Below are positions 44,757-58,003 of a stretch of DNA of 64,000 nt, piece after piece. The first letter of the stretch is position 1. The number at the start of each line of letters is the position of its first letter. Origin of the DNA: Eledone cirrhosa (taxonomy: Eukaryota); NCBI GenBank assembly GCA_964016885.1, contig OZ024743.1, positions 361,398,001 to 361,462,000 of the forward strand, read 5' to 3'. Both the position numbers and the translations under genes were made by a program. The notes under the pieces were generated by a model. That model had not been told where the DNA came from. It searched no databases and saw only the letters and a program-made list of their open reading frames with translations.

Positions 44757-44830
44757 CAGATTGACTTTGTTAGTTTCAGAAGATCCCGTTAAGGGTGAAA
44801 GCAGCGATTCTTTGCTTAAACTTTAATCTG
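44757..44830 (+). ncRNA. Extended type I hammerhead with a U4A core (CAGAAGA); other copies at 41843-41916(-), 28340-28413(-) and 53563-53616(-, partial)
   Basis: CAGATTGA-ctttgtt-AGTTT CAGAAGA T CCC-GTTAA-GGG T GAA AGCA..TGCT T AAACT TTAATCTG: all three stems plus a distal stem I extension. Confidence 0.8.
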
Positions 44831-44838
44831 TTATTTTA

Positions 44839-44909
<71 letters not shown>

Positions 44910-45129
44910 CAGTGTATTCGCGAAATTTGCCTTACATCTTGACTAATAATAGTTCGTAAAAACCTCTTTTTTATGTTTTTTTCGTGGTAATATATATATT
45001 TTTAACTCTAAACATATATATATATATATTAATAGAAGATCGAAGGCCATATTTAGTTAGTACGGGTTTATCTAAAACTCAGTTATACATATTTCACTAA
45101 GCACTATCAGTTTAGATTACCTGAGAACA

Positions 45130-45612
45130 CACACATTTGTTGTGAAAGAGTCATTTCTCAATCTTGGCGCAAAACCAATTTTTTATCCACATGACCTCTA
45201 CCGACCAATCAAAATTGTTTTGACCATAATTTTTGCTGGAGCCACTTTTCTAACATTTTAACATAAAAACAGTCTTGGCGCAAAATCAACTTTTTACATT
45301 CACATGACCTCTACCGACCAATCAAAATTGTTTTGACCACAAGCATTTTTACAACACAAAAATAACGCTGGAGCCATTTTTTTAACATAAAAACAGGTAG
45401 AATTCCCAAAACTAATCAGATCAGAGCAAACAGCACGGACACTCTATCTCAAAATTATTTTTGAAAAGCATTTAGAAATGCGCAACCGGTAAAAACTTAA
45501 AAACTTAAAACCACAACTGAATACTAACCCATACAATCACTAATACTCTTTTATTCCTAATTAAACCATTTTTCAACTGTGAACAATTTGTCAGCATTTT
45601 CTATTCCGTTTA

Positions 45613-45620
<8 letters not shown>
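45130..45620 (+). repeat. Third copy of the 5.5-7.7 kb pseudo-LTR (direct repeat of ~7215-7716)
   Basis: Near-identical sequence that ends at the same tttaccaa(TA)n junction. Confidence 0.9.
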
Positions 45621-45689
<69 letters not shown>

Positions 45690-47572
45690 CTGTCTGAGTT
45701 TGTTTATCGGTAAGCCCATATAAATATATGCCTATACGTATGTATCTGTATGAAAGATTGGCTATGTGTGGTAGGAACTTATAAATCTACACTCATTTCA
45801 ACCTTTATCAATCTTATCAAATAGCCAATGTGTATTACATAGAGTATTTAACACATCTCTACTTTACACTTGCCAATTCCATATCTTCAACTTTATCTGT
45901 AATAGGCCATCTGGATACAGCTTACACTAAATAGATGTATTAGCTGTCATCCGGCTTGGCTTTAATAAAGACTATCCCATTTATTCTATATATGATCACT
46001 TCTAAACGAATGGAAGCTAGCATTTATGTACTATATGAGCCTGTTGGATACCCATTGGTTAACATATTGGCCAGTCCTCCTTATCATCGCCAGTATCCAT
46101 ATATTACACATTTTCTGATGAATTGTTGACGTTAAAACTATTGCAATGCGGAAATGATTGGAATATCCTAACAAACCCGTAGACAGTGAGATAACTCAAA
46201 AATGAAACATGTAAAAATGTATAATGAAATAGTTTTTTTCTAATACCCCCTTGTATGTTTATCCTTAATACGTGAATTATATATATATACACTATTATAT
46301 TTTGGGATGGCCATGTTGTTAATATTGCCAAAAAATGAAACAAGCAACAAATGATTTGCTTTATTACTTGTTATTGGTTAGTTTGTCAGAGTCCTTTCGT
46401 CACACATTCTGTGACATCTTCAATGACTATCTATTATCGGTTGTACCTCCTCTGCTTTCTGGTCTTAATTCGTTTCTCCATTTTATCATTCGTTTCGTGG
46501 TGTGTTTTTCGTGATTCATGTCAATGAATGCTATTGTATCCACGCCTTCTCGTGTGTGTGAGTGTGACTTTGTATTTATCATGTGTATGTGCGTTTTATG
46601 TGTAGGCATGTATATTTCACTGCTTGTATCTTTTTTCTTCTTCCATATTCTGTCTTCAGTCGTGACGAGCTGTTTTTATATCGCTCGTGGTTTCTGTTCA
46701 TGCTAAATCTAGCAAATGTGTGTGGCCTCAATCACATATCATAATCGAGATGATCTTATATATATATATATATAAGAACCATTAACGCCGTTATTGGATG
46801 CATTCAACACAAATTATTTTAAAATTAAATTTATAAAGCCTATTAACACACATTTTACGATTTATAAATATCCATTATCGGTGACTAATTAGGAGAAAGA
46901 CTACATACACATACAAACACCGATACAAATACACGCGCGCGCGCCTATCACACACTCACACACACAAACATAAATATATGTGCTTGATATCCCCGTCAAC
47001 CCACAGGAGAGAATCCAGAGTAAAATAAAACCATTAAACTTTACTATGATATTTAACCTTTTCATATATAGAAACCTATACAAACACAATGAATCTCACA
47101 CCTTACATAAACCCACATGGTGTGACTACTTTCAAACCAAGGCAATCTTAATTATAATAAAGAAAGGAGTGCGGGACTGCATTCAGAATATATTTTACTG
47201 ATTACAGAAGACAGTGTAACATAACTTCGTTCAATTACTGTGTATATTGTCAATTACGATTTTATTTGATGTATCATATCTACATGCATATATATTTGTA
47301 TATAATATCAATATACACACTACACATGCTAGCAGAAAACCCTCTGAGGGTTGTTTTTCTGCTAGTATATATAAACAATAATGAACGACTATTCCGCTAG
47401 AAAAAGGTGCCGAAATATTAGTCTCGACAGCTCTACAAATTAAGTGAAATGGAGCTATAATAGAGAAAGGTGAGGAATCAAAACATATCAAATATGTTAG
47501 ATTTCCGTGCTTCTCAATAAACCAGCTCAATAGTCTTTATTCAAAGCCATACTAATTCAAATGTAAAAGATC

Positions 47573-47619
<47 letters not shown>

Positions 47620-48757
47620 AGAGAGAAAGGATCATATATCTGTGAGAAAACACAATATATATTATATATACTGAGCACATATTTCAAAGAAAAATAGGTA
47701 CTCTAGATGGAATCAAATGACGAGTATTCCCAATACTGGATTGGCATACATTATCGTTTTAACCACGAGCATAATATCCATATAATTTCTTGTTACATTC
47801 TCCATATAATCTTGTTTTTGCTTCTCCTCCTCCCCACTCTCGCTGTAGCACTGGGTTTCATATATTTTCTAATCCAATCAGCTATCTCCCAAAAAGAAAC
47901 TATTTTAATTCCGGGATTACACCTCTCTAACACTGATATGATTTCATTTTCCATTGTTCTTTCCCAGAAAGATATGTTTCTAAATTATTTAATCCGTTTA
48001 TTAAACATTTGTCTTAAGACATGACTAACAGACGTAGCTTACTCTAATGTATGATTGTTACTTGACAAAACATTTGATTACAATGAATTTTCTTGTGTGT
48101 GAATCATTTCACATCACACACACATTAATATATATGAAAAACGTAAAACAAGAAAATTATAGTAATTAGCTTACTTACTTAAATTTCACTCCAAATAATT
48201 AGTTTCTGAATGCTGGTAGATATACTAATTCTTTATAATTATCTCCAAATTATTTTGTTGAGCACAAATTTGCCCAAATTACTGCTATAGTTCATAGTAA
48301 CATCTTGGCTACTGTCTTTTTAACACCTCACTCCTCACTGATTAACCTCGATGTCACGTGATTGATTCTTTTGAATTTGCCACCGAGCAAGAAGGCAGTG
48401 ATTTTTTCAATGTCTTGGAATTTAGTCCCCGCTTTCTCTTTTCCATCCACTGAATATTTTTATATAAGTTCCCTGTGTCCGCGCATCACCAGGTATCTTA
48501 GCTGAGAATGACTCCCTGGTGACGAAAAGGTTTCTCCATAATCTCCATTTAGAGACTATGTATATTCCCTTTCAGAAACTAATTAGTTGGAGTGAAATTT
48601 AAGTAAGCTAATTACTATAATTTTCTTATTTTACGTTTTTCAGATAATTGTTCTGCATCCCCTTGCATTGAGCCACAACGTTACTAAGACAAAACCTATA
48701 TATTTGCTTGCATAGTTATTCATTTGTATATATACGTTGATAGATATACTAATTCTT

Positions 48758-48790
<33 letters not shown>

Positions 48791-48981
48791 TAGGTAATTC
48801 CGAAGGAAAAGCAAAGAAAAAAAGAGTGCACTATGTATAGAACAGAGCTATTTAATTAGAAAGTGAACAACACAAGATATAACTACTCCATTACCAAAGG
48901 TTTCTGGATCCCAGACAATAATAATATACGTCTGTGATCCAGAAACCTTTGGTAATGGAGTAGTTATATTTTGGGTTGTTC

Positions 48982-48990
<9 letters not shown>
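48791..48990 (-). mobile_element. Fold-back PLE terminus (HHR 3' half GAAACCTTTGGTA plus tail)
   Basis: Arms 48856-48921 and 48934-48990. The tail resembles those at 25790-25852 and 58270-58335. Confidence 0.7.
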
Positions 48991-49025
<35 letters not shown>

Positions 49026-49062
49026 TCACACACACACATACATATATATGTATATATATATA

Positions 49063-49250
49063 TAATTGTTTCTACTTTTGGCACAAGGCCAGCAATTACC
49101 CAGTAGATTACTGGTACTTTATTTTATCGACCCCGTAAGGATGAAAGTCAAAGTTAACCTCGGCGGGATTTGAACTCAGAATGGCCGTAACTCTATACGT
49201 CAAAGCATGGCGTCCGACGCTCTACCGATACTGCCAATTCACCGCCAATT
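49063..49250 (-). mobile_element. Octopus-type tRNA-derived SINE
   Basis: Reverse complement of the units at 51608-52200. B-box-like GAGTTCAAATCC and body GACTTT..CTTTCATCCTT.CGGGGTCGATAAAATAAAGTACCAG. Confidence 0.85.
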
Positions 49251-50350
49251 CACCGATATATATATATAATTGGGAGTGGTCAGGTTGCCAATATTGCCAA
49301 TATCGGAATCCCACATCATTCTCGCTGATTATCTCCCCACATTTCTCCACACCAAATTCAACGTTGATATAAGGATACTATATCCCTACTACCTATTATG
49401 CAGTTTTTCACATCGTGGATTTGGTTGTAAAATAGGGAAGTCCAAATCATGGTATGACAGAAAAAATTACCAGACTGTCATGTTCGTCGATGCTACCCTT
49501 AGATGCGATCAAGTGTATCGTTTTAGCAGAGCGTTAAAGAAAATGAACCTGGGGATTAAATTATAGAAATACCAGGAGCCACCATGAAATCCCGTTCTGT
49601 AGGACTTACCCTTTTAGGTACTTTAATGGTACTAATAGAAACTGTATAGTTTGCAAGATAAGCTCACAGATAAACTGTAAAACTGGAAATGTAGACTATA
49701 GGATAAGATGTAAAGAGGGGTGCTGCAGAAACAAGATAACGACATTCATGGGAAAGATAGCCCGTAATGTAGGAGAGGGATTAAAGGAACACTGGCGAAA
49801 AGTTAAGGAAGGGAAAAGCTCAACAGTGCTATACCAACATCAATAGATAACATAGAAAAAATGATCATAACATATAGAACTGACGCAACACTCAGACAAA
49901 TTTCGAAGGTCACACACATAATAGAAGATAGACATAGCCTGAACAGAAAACATAAGTGGATTAGTAACAGCCTGCAACTTAACTACTGAAGACAGAATAA
50001 TAGAAAAAAAGAAGACACCCCCAGCAAAACAGAAAACGAGCCCCCCCCCCCCCCCCCCACACACACACACATAAAACACACATAGGCATGCCAACACTAA
50101 AACACATACACATATACAGACGAACGCGCAGGTGCAAACGTATGCGCAGACATGAGACATGAAAAACGAACCATGAACCAAGTTTAAGAATAGAAAAAAG
50201 AGGAGATACGAATATGTATATAGTAAAAAGGGAAAGTGTGTGTGGTATATGTGTGTGATATATGTAGGTGTGTGTAATATATGTGTGTGATATATGTAGG
50301 TGTGTGTGTGGATCTAGAAACGGACCACTGGGATGTTGGAATACAGGCTT

Positions 50351-51200
50351 TTAAATTAGCCATTCTGGTGCACTTATTTCCATTCGATTATTAATCCAAG
50401 GTTTTAATTGCTTGATTAAGAGGGCTTCCTTAATTCTCAGCATGCTTATACTGCGTTCGGTAGCTAAGATTGTGGTGATAATGTTGTCCCGGTTTCCCTT
50501 TTTATTATATACACATTCGCATATGCCTTTCAATACATACATTTACTTACAAACATCCCAAGCACACATACATTCACGCACACACATGCATATCTCTTTT
50601 CTGCAGACATTTCACAACGAGCACGTTCGAAATCTTGACGTCATTTCATTTCATTTCCTTTAAAGCTACCTTCCAAACAAGTCAACTACGAATGATCCTT
50701 TAAGTTTCTCCTAACGATACTCCCTTAATAATAAGTTTTTAAACCCAAAGATATTTGTGATCATTAAATTTACTAATGTAAGATTCTTTTTTTATCTTAG
50801 CGTTTTAATTTTCTTTCTAATGCATTGTTTGGTTTTCAAAATAATTTAAATTTGTATTTCCTATTCAACATTGCTTCAAGAAGGCTACAAAACCCTGTTA
50901 TCATTACACCTGAGCTAGGACCAGTTTGCAACCGTAAAGGGACTTTTTAGATTATCGGAGAAACGAGCAAGGATTGGCTGCCAGCTTAATTTTCTTAAAC
51001 GCTGTCTGAAGAACGATGTAATCCCCAACACCATAAGAAATATCCGCCTCCCTCGAGGCTTCAATTCTTTAGGATTCATCAAATATACACACCATACCGC
51101 CATAAAGAAATTCACACGAAATTTAACTGCTATCTCCACATACACACACGGAAAATCTAAGAGCAGATGATTTTACTTAGAATATACTGCTCCATACTAC
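50351..51200. mobile_element. PLE scraps: GIY-YIG C-terminus on minus (50351-50490) and an ORF N-terminal region on plus (~50930-51170)
   Basis: ILATERS..LRIKEALLIKQLKPWIN on minus. QLNFLKRCLKNDVIPNTI on plus resembles the FL..C....IP motif of PLE N-termini. Confidence 0.6.
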
Positions 51201-51607
51201 TACAGCCGCTATCGACCAGTGCTACCATGCCCGGGTCTAATTTGAGAAAGAACGTCTCAAACATAAATTCAAATGGACCCTTATAAACAGGAATAGCGCT
51301 AAACGTGATGGCAATACACCTCCCTATAGGACCACCTCTAACCCTAATGGAATCGGATTCAACATGCTGAACGCCATAACCATGACAACACTAACCCCAC
51401 CGACCAATTTCTACAGAGCCGTCTACAAGCTAAAGTGGTTGTCTTTCACCGACACTTCCGAGACTTCCACAATGAATTCAAAATTCCCCACTTACCATCT
51501 CGATAACTTTCTACAATCTCGAAATGTTTTGTTTTTTTTCAACTTCATAGAACAAAGCTATCGACACAACGAAATTTAGTACATAGATTATGTAATATTC
51601 ATTCATT

Positions 51608-52203
51608 TTGGCAGTATCGGTAGAGGGTCGGACACCATGCTTTCCAGCATAGTTACGTCCCTTTACGATCTGAGTTCAAATCCCGTCGAGGTTGACTTTG
51701 CCTTTCATCCTTACGGCGTCGATGAAATAAAGTACCAGTAACGCACTGGGTAATTGCTGGCCTTGTGCCTAAAGTAGAAACAATTATTTATTCGAAGGGC
51801 GGTAGATTGGCAGTATCAGTAGAGGGTCGGACGCCATGCTTTCCAGCATAGTTACATCCCTTTACAATCTGAGTTCAAATCCCGCCGAGGTTGACTTTGC
51901 CTTTCATCCTTACGGGGTCGATAAAATAAAGTACCAGTAATGTACTGGGTAATTGCTGGCCTTGTGCCTAAAGTAGAAACAATTATTTATTCGAAGTATA
52001 TAGGGCGGTGGATTGGCTGTATCGGCAGAGACTCGGACACCATGCTTTGCAGGATAGTTACGGCCCTTTACGGTCTCAGTTCAAATCCCGCCGAGGTTAA
52101 CTTTGCCTTTCATCCTTACGGGCTCGATAAAATAAAGTACCAGTAATGTACTGAGATAATTGCTGGCCTTGTGCCAAAAGTAGAAACAATTATTTACTTG
52201 AAG
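51608..52203 (+). mobile_element. Three head-to-tail copies of the ~200-bp SINE
   Basis: Units start near 51608, 51797 and 52003, each with GTTCAAATCC and the same 3' end. Confidence 0.9.
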
Positions 52204-52304
52204 TAATCCAATTTATTTTACTAACGGGATAAAAATATATATTCTGGACGCAGCCTCTCACCTTCCTTTATTATATTTATATACATATAAATATATATAC
52301 ATAC

Positions 52305-52379
<75 letters not shown>

Positions 52380-53395
52380 ATTAATTATACTATTTATGGT
52401 TATGTAAATACAAAAACCTTTTGCAGTTATATATATTTTTATACAAACCCTAAATATTGGTAGGCAGTAATATATTACTACCTTATTACCAGTAAGTTAA
52501 GTAGCTCAATGTAAAAACATCAGATGATTTACAGAGCAGTTATATTAAATATAAGAATCAAAGAACTGTTCAAACCATTTTTATGCTTACAACTGTTTCC
52601 TCCAAACCGAGGTTTGGATTCTTCGGAGCAATTTATTATTGAATGAACACTTATATGACCTCCTTTTCACCCAAGAGACATACAGATACATATGCAAATA
52701 CTGTGGGTCAACATTCATTACAGCATTTAGAGTGGCAGTACACACTTATAGATTACATTCATATTAAAAGATACGATAAAAAATACAGGTTAAAATACAA
52801 CATGAAAATAAGCGGTTATATAGTGCAAGTGTTATGTTGTGGCAAGCACGTGCGTCTTGTTTATATAGTGTGGCAGGGAGTTACGTGTAGTAGAAGCACT
52901 TAAGTAGGTAAACAAGAGTGTTAGGTTGGTTGATCTGGTGGCAAATTCTTTATATGATTGTTATATCTGTGCATGGAGAAATAATATAAGCATTAAGAAT
53001 AGTGCAAGCATTAAAAATATTAAAAATATTGGAAATGCACAGCGAAGGGATGATATGGACTTCATGTACTTCGACATTTTCATAGTCTGGGGAGTTTATT
53101 TTTCAGATTATATGCCCCTCACATAATCCACGACAATTCGATATTAAGCGTTTGACAATCCAGTTAGAGAATCGTAGTCTGATGTTCTTCAGTTCAATAC
53201 AGGAGGATGTTACGTTTCGAGAATCGAATTCGATTCTCAATATTTTCATATGTATCTGTATGTCTTTTGGGTGAAAAGGAGGTCATATAAGTGTTCATTC
53301 AATAATAAATTGCTCCGAAGAATCCAAACCTCGGTTTGGAGGAAACAGTTGTAAGCATAAAAATGTTTTGAACAGTTCTTTCATTCTTATATTTC
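52380..53395 (-). mobile_element. PLE pseudo-LTR with inverted arms (~52548-52694 and ~53247-53395)
   Basis: Reverse-complement arms each carry an HHR. The tail is on the left arm only. Flanked by (TA)n. Confidence 0.82.
53311..53357 (+). ncRNA. Type I hammerhead with a U4C core (CCGAAGA); copy at 52584-52630(-)
   Basis: TGCT CCGAAGA A TCCAAAC-CTCG-GTTTGGA G GAAA CAGTTG TA AGCA. Confidence 0.8.
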
Positions 53396-53426
<31 letters not shown>

Positions 53427-53458
53427 CATATATATATGTATACATATATATATATATA

Positions 53459-53681
53459 GTAATAATAATAAATTTGAAGACTAAAATCCAAAGAGGGCTC
53501 GATAAGGATAAATATATATCAAATATATAAGAACCGTAGAGCAAATATTTATTAAAATAACAGATCAAAGTTTAAGCAAAGAATCGCTGCTTTCACCCTT
53601 AACGGGATCTTCTGAAGTTTCAGAAGATCCCGTTAAGCAGCGATTCTTTGCTTAAACTTTAATCTGTTATTTTAATAAATA
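53459..53681 (-). mobile_element. Fold-back terminus of the 41.7-44.8 kb PLE family, inverted at the HHR core
   Basis: ..gggatcttctgaa|gtttcagaagatccc.. at the hairpin centre. The tail is near-identical to 41741-41825. Confidence 0.88.
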
Positions 53682-53909
53682 TATATATATATATATATAA
53701 ATATTATATATATATAAAAATAAAAAGGTGGAAGGGGTAAACAAATAGTTGAGAATACGACAAATAATAAATAAATAATTAAATAAAGGTATAAATGTTT
53801 ATAGCTGATTTAGAGCACTCAACAAGTTCCTGGAGCAAATAATCAATGAAAATAAACATTAAATCACTCTGTATGTAAATATGCATATACATACACATAT
53901 ATACATACA

Positions 53910-55985
53910 CACCATGAGATGCTGCATATCAATCTCAGTGTGCGTTACCAGGTCACAGTCATCTGCATAAAGCAAATCCCTGATTAGTTACAAGTGAACC
54001 TTTGACTTAGTATTGAACCTCCTCATATTAAACAGCTTTCCAGTTGATCGATAGCGAACATATATACCATGATTGCAGTTCCCGAAGGCCTGTTTGAAGA
54101 TAATGGAGAAGTACAAAGCAAAGAGCGTTATAGCTGGAATGTCACCCTGTTGAACTCCATTCTCGACCGTCACCGGAACAGAAAGCTTTCCACCAACATT
54201 TACCCATGCCTTCATGGAACAAACGCAAAATGGAAACAAACTTCTCAGGGCACCCCAGCTTCCTCAAGATATCCCATAAAGCCTTTCTGGGGACAGTGTC
54301 AAACCCCTTTGTCAGATCAACCAACACCTGGTAGATATCCACATTCTGCTCAACACACTTTTCCTGCAGTTGTATGGCTGTAAAGATCATGTCCACAGTG
54401 CTACGCCCAGCCCGAAAGACGGATTGTGACTCTGGTAGAGCTTCATCAGCAATGTGGAGCAATAGACGGTCCAACAGAATTCTAAAGAGAACTTTGCCGA
54501 CAACAGACAACAGTGATATCCCACGATATTTTCCGCAGTCATCACTGTCTCCCTTCCCCTTGTACAAAACAACCATCACAGCATTCTTCCAGTCATCGGG
54601 AACATGATTGTTGTTCCAGGCATCCAGAACCAAAGTCGGTGCAAGAGATTCTCTCCACCGTGCGTCAAGATCTCAGCATACAGCCCATCCAATCCAGGCG
54701 ACTTCCCACCATTGAGTTTCCAGAGGGCACTTTTAACCTCCTCGATCGTTGGAGGATCAGCAAGGATTTCCTTTACTGGCTTATCAGGTGTGAACCTGAT
54801 AAACTCTTCGTCCACCTCTGAATTTTCTAATGCGTGTACTGCATTGGGACTTACCATAAGCCTGAAAAAGACAGTAACCATGTACCAACCAGCCCCTGGG
54901 AAGCCATGTGGTGAGCCCAACATCTTGGTTTATGGTGAACGGCTAAGGGTCGTTGGCAGTTTTTTTATATCATGCAAGCAGTCTGAGTATGTACTGCGAT
55001 CTTGATGGGGAAATATCAAACAGGATACAGAAAGCCAGTGAAGCTTTGGGAAAACTGAACAAGCGTCTCTGGTCTTAACACGGAATTTCGGTAAAGACAA
55101 AGCTCAAGGTGTATTATGCGTATGTGCTCGCGGCACATTTTTATGCTTGTGAGACGTGGGTGGTCTACCGCAGACAGATGAAGCGATTTGAGAGGTTCCA
55201 TCAGTACTGCTTACGTCGATTCCTCGGCATAACTTGGCAAATGTTTGTCAGTGGTCTGGACGTCGAGGTTCTGGACAGAAGTGGCTGTGACAGTGTCGAG
55301 TCCTTGATTTTGAAACATCAGCTGCGCTGGACAGGCCATCTTGTAGTGCTGAAGCAGCTGCTTTATGGCGAGCTCCAAATGGGAAAAAGAACGCGATTAA
55401 ACCCAAGATGCGTTTTAAGGACTGCATCAAGGGCGCACTCAAGAAAAGTAACATCCCTTGTGAGCCCTAGGAAGCATGCGCTAGCGACCGATCGCATTGG
55501 AGGAAAGCAGTGGCTAGTGGCAAGAGTCTATTTGAGGAAACAAGAAGGCACGCGACAAAAAAAAGAGATGTCCGGAAAGGAATCCATGTTGGCCTTCCCG
55601 AAGGCACTGACAGACGGCCTGACCTGACATGTGAGACCTGTAATAGGGTTTGTCTGAGCATGGCAGGTCTAAAGAGTCACCTGAGAGTGCACAAGAACAG
55701 GGAAGCAGGCACATGTGGAGCTATAAGTGTTCATCAGACGACGACATGTGATGTTTGTGGAAAAGGTATGCAGGTCGAGTAGTGATCTCACACGACACCT
55801 TGGGTCACATGGTACCATGGGCCCAGCACTAGGTGTCAATAATTGTCACAAGTGTAGTGTTTGTACCAGAGTTTTCAAGTCGCTGGCTGGACTAAAAAGC
55901 CATACTCGTTCAGCGCATCGGTAGGGGTTCTCCTACATGGATATAAAGTAGTGGCCGTACTCGAAAACGAGTTGGCAGCCACCAT
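53910..55985. mobile_element. RTE-like LINE with 5' inversion (RT N-half on minus 53910-~54820, remainder on plus) and three C-terminal C2H2 zinc fingers
   Basis: Minus strand: KSPGLDGL, YRGISLLSVVGK, DLTKGFDTV, GVQQGD, LLYADD. Plus strand: FSNACTALGLTISLKKT, YACETW, QLRWTGHL, QLLYGEL, then three CxxC..H..H motifs. Confidence 0.9.
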
Positions 55986-56027
55986 ACATACACACACGCA
56001 CACACACACACACACACACACAGCCAT

Positions 56028-56095
<68 letters not shown>

Positions 56096-56169
56096 CATTA
56101 ATATACACACACACATATATACAAAAAGTTACATCAACCACGATAATAAAAATACACACACACATATAA

Positions 56170-56208
<39 letters not shown>

Positions 56209-56536
56209 CACATACATATACATACAGATATATATAATTATATACACATATACACATACATATATATACACATATATACACATATACTCAATACATACAT
56301 ACACACAGAAATAAATATCCATAAATAAAAAAGGTGGGTATGTAAAGGGTAAGGTAGAAAGTAAGGGGGAATAAGGAAAATAAATAACATAGGAAAAAGT
56401 TTATATATATCTGTATGTACATGTATGTGTGTATATATATATATATATATATTTGTGTGTGTGGTTATATGTGTGTGTGTGTATTTTTATTATCGTGGGG
56501 ATGTAATTTTTAGTATATATGCGGGAGTGTATATTA

Positions 56537-56606
<70 letters not shown>

Positions 56607-56805
56607 ATACTTTGGCAGGGTCATGTTGCCAATAAGAAACACACGCACCAAGTGCTTTCACTTCAATTTATTATATATTTATAAATTTACAAATTTATGA
56701 ATCTATAAATTTCTGGTTGGTTGGTTGGTTCCACAACCAGATAGTTGTTTATATATAGTCATAGTCCTTTCAGATAAACAATCTTGCTAAACAAATTCAG
56801 AAACG

Positions 56806-56853
<48 letters not shown>

Positions 56854-57262
56854 AATAGGCGTCCAAACAGGTTGAGCTCTGCCGTCGGGGTCATACTTTT
56901 TCCTATATATATATATATATATATATATTTGTATGGCTCTGTGTGTGTGCGCGTGTGTGTGTGTATGTGTGTATGGGTGTGTGTGTTTGTGTGTGTCTGT
57001 GTGTGTGTGTATGTGTGTGTGTGTGTGTATGTATATGCATAATTACATACAGAGTGATTTAATATTTATTTTCATTGATTATTTGCTCCAGGAAATTGTT
57101 GAGTGTACTAAATCAGCTATAAACATTTATACCTTTATCTATTTAATTATTTATTTATTATTTGTCGTATTCCCAACTATTTGTTTACCCCATCCACCTT
57201 TTTTATTTTTATATATATATAATATTTATGTATATTCATATATATATATATATATATATGTT

Positions 57263-57299
<37 letters not shown>

Positions 57300-57741
57300 A
57301 TATATATGTGTGTATATATTTATATGTATGTATATGTATGTGTATATATGTGTGTATTGCTTACCCCGTGTGTTTGATTATTTATGTGTGTCCTTTCCTG
57401 TATCGCTGTCAACTTAATAATAATTTTTATTTTCTTAAGTCTTATTTTATATTTTTTTTATTTGTGTGTGACGGCCTATTGCATAATGTGGTTGTTCATG
57501 GTATTTTTATTTTTTCTTATAATTAATTGTGTGTGTGCGTATGTAGGTGTGTATATAAATCTATGCGTGTGCGTGTGTATGCGTGTATATATGTTTGCAT
57601 GTATGTGTGTGTATGCATGTGTGTGTATATATATATATGTGTGTGTTTGTGTATTTATGTGTATGTGTATGTATGTATATATATATATATGTATGTGTAT
57701 ATATATATGTGTATGTATATATATACATATATATATATGGG

Positions 57742-57811
<70 letters not shown>

Positions 57812-57815
<4 letters not shown>

Positions 57816-58003
57816 AACCAGTAAGATCCCGACAGCTGAGCTCAAGCCGTTTCGACGGCTAATTCTGGACCAGAATTAGCCGTCGAAACGGCTTGAGCTC
57901 AGCTGTCGGGGTCTTACTGGTTCCTATTACCCACTCTACTACCTCAAGTATTGAGTACTTTGGTGCGTTATGGTCCACCTGGTTCCTTACCACATTTCCT
58001 TCG

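Larger units (their letters stand above)
41741..44846 (-). mobile_element. 5'-truncated PLE with ~940-bp inverted pseudo-LTR arms (41826-42763 and 43907-44846), inserted in (TA)n
   Basis: Reverse-complement arms flank an open RT-thumb/GIY-YIG frame. The 3' tail 41741-41825 is present on one arm only. Confidence 0.95.

Noticed and set aside
46114-46165. CTGATGA (also at 34856 on minus)
   Set aside because: No convincing stems or NUH site at the right spacing.
57812-57926. Hairpins considered as MITEs or pre-miRNAs
   Set aside because: Asymmetric tails, HHR halves and identity with PLE pseudo-LTR ends explain them better.
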